A stretch of DNA of 64,000 nucleotides from Patescibacteria group bacterium. GTDB lineage: Bacteria; Patescibacteriota; Patescibacteriia; JAQUQO01. The notes under the pieces are model-generated. The model made no database searches and was not told where the DNA came from. It saw only the letters and a list, made by a program, of their open reading frames with translations. Shown in pieces: positions 62,906 through 64,000 of this stretch; position 1 is the stretch's first letter; each line of letters begins with the position of its first letter. The position numbers were made by a program, and so were the translations under genes. The stretch is from contig JAQUQO010000001.1 in NCBI GenBank assembly GCA_028716045.1, positions 64,942-128,941 on the forward strand, read 5' to 3'.

Positions 62906-64000
62906 TTATTGCTGTTTTCCGCCAAGCTGTTGGCAGAAATTATTATAGTATTTGCTGGCGCTTCTGGCGTATTCTGCCGCTTGTTCGTTTTTGCCTTTGA
63001 CGCCGCTTGCTCCGCCGTTATAGCCGGCGAAAGTCAGGGCAATATCTCCTCCGGACATAGGAAGGATAGTTTGAGATATTAATTTTCCCGAATATTCCAT
63101 GGAGTTCGTTTTGCCGTTTGTTCCGTGGAAGAAATCTACGCAAGATGAGGAAGCCTGCGCGCAGTGGCCGCAAGGCGGGATTTGGCAAGTAAAACCATAG
63201 TCGCCGTTTCCTTGACCAATGGACGTTTTTTCCTCTGCGGAAGCGTTCTTTTGTATTGTTTTAGTGGAGCAACTATAACCAAGGCCATCCAAAGTGTCGG
63301 GCATTAATTGGGTTACGCCTACTTCTCCGCAGGGGCCCCTTTTGGCTTGGGCGTTACCGCGATTTTCTTGTTGGAAAATCGCGGCCATGATTAGCGGGTC
63401 CACTGCCGCTCTCTTGGCCGCAGTGAGAACATCGGCATCAATAACTTGCGCTAATTTGGTTTCATCATATCCTTTGCACGGTAAAACACTGCCCTTTAAT
63501 TCTTTGGCGCTTTCAATGCTTTCTTTAACGGCAGCTTCCAAATAACGAATACTTAACGGTTTTAATTTTACCAGCCCCGGGTTTATTTCATAGAGAATCA
63601 GGTATGACCCCAGCGCTAAAAATAATCCGATGACTGCTCCTTTGATATAATCTTTCGCCTGATTAACCCTGTCCGGGCTTCCTCCGGCCGTCAGCCAAAT
63701 TGTACCTCCGATGGCAATCATAATAATTGCCACAATACCGACGATGCCTAGGGCGTAATTGTAGATAGCGGCGATGTATTCGGCTATCCACGGGATTTGC
63801 AGGTATTTTTTCCCGCCGATTTCTAATTCGGTAGGACCGGAAAATTTACTAAAATCGCCAATGGGTATTTGCAGGTCGGGCAGAACAATTTTCGGCGCGG
63901 GTTCGCCGGAAGGCGGCGGAGTTTGTGGGGCCGCAGGTTTAATACATTTATATTTGTTGGAAGTATAGGGTTCGCCGCCTACAATCCGCACATCTGTTCC
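62906..64000 (-). CDS. VirB2-like pilin fused to lytic transglycosylase (SLT) domain (5' partial)
   Basis: GGTIWLTAGGSPDRVNQAKDYIKGAVIGL..INP pilin motif; AIFQQEN..GVTQLMPDT..AGYNGG SLT motifs; frame stays open to the window edge. Confidence 0.8.
   Translation of the reverse strand, partial: GTDVRIVGGEPYTSNKYKCIKPAAPQTPPPSGEPAPKIVLPDLQIPIGDFSKFSGPTELEIGGKKYLQIPWIAEYIAAIYNYALGIVGIVAIIMIAIGGTIWLTAGGSPDRVNQAKDYIKGAVIGLFLALGSYLILYEINPGLVKLKPLSIRYLEAAVKESIESAKELKGSVLPCKGYDETKLAQVIDADVLTAAKRAAVDPLIMAAIFQQENRGNAQAKRGPCGEVGVTQLMPDTLDGLGYSCSTKTIQKNASAEEKTSIGQGNGDYGFTCQIPPCGHCAQASSSCVDFFHGTNGKTNSMEYSGKLISQTILPMSGGDIALTFAGYNGGASGVKGKNEQAAEYARSASKYYNNFCQQLGGKQQ

Overview
This window is chromosomal DNA from a Patescibacteria (CPR, Parcubacteria/ABY1-like) genome using the standard genetic code (TGA stops, RF2 present). 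The taxon is inferred from gene content and style. A housekeeping backbone (topA, dprA, pth, der, lepB, hisS, rpsU, ybeY, ftsA, ftsZ, nrdR, htrA, prfB with +1 frameshift, rsmA, recG, mpg, radA) is interleaved with a large surface/secretion apparatus. That apparatus includes VirB2-like pilin fusions (584 aa, 3443 aa and a pilin-lytic transglycosylase), four DxDxDG-repeat membrane proteins and a 2635-aa Cys-rich protein. It also includes a CPR-type T4SS core (VirB6-like, PrgI/VirB3, a TraC/VirB4-N-like gene plus VirB4, and a VirB8-like gene) that ends in comF. The strangest region is 55.7-56.7 kb. There a small GIY-YIG nuclease gene lies among several tRNA-Ser copies: one is interrupted by four short hairpins, one is a shell with a structured insert in its T-loop, and an intact tRNA-Ser(TGA) is nested inside the remains of another tRNA-Ser(TGA). 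Similar short GC-rich hairpin insertions, often nested or with target duplications, occur in-frame in recG, in promoters and in intergenic DNA. This suggests an active micro-palindrome insertion system. Also notable is an ATPase-less PilB-N/MshEN + 2xFHA chimera that looks myxobacterial. All calls come from reading the sequence and recalled motifs. No searches were run.
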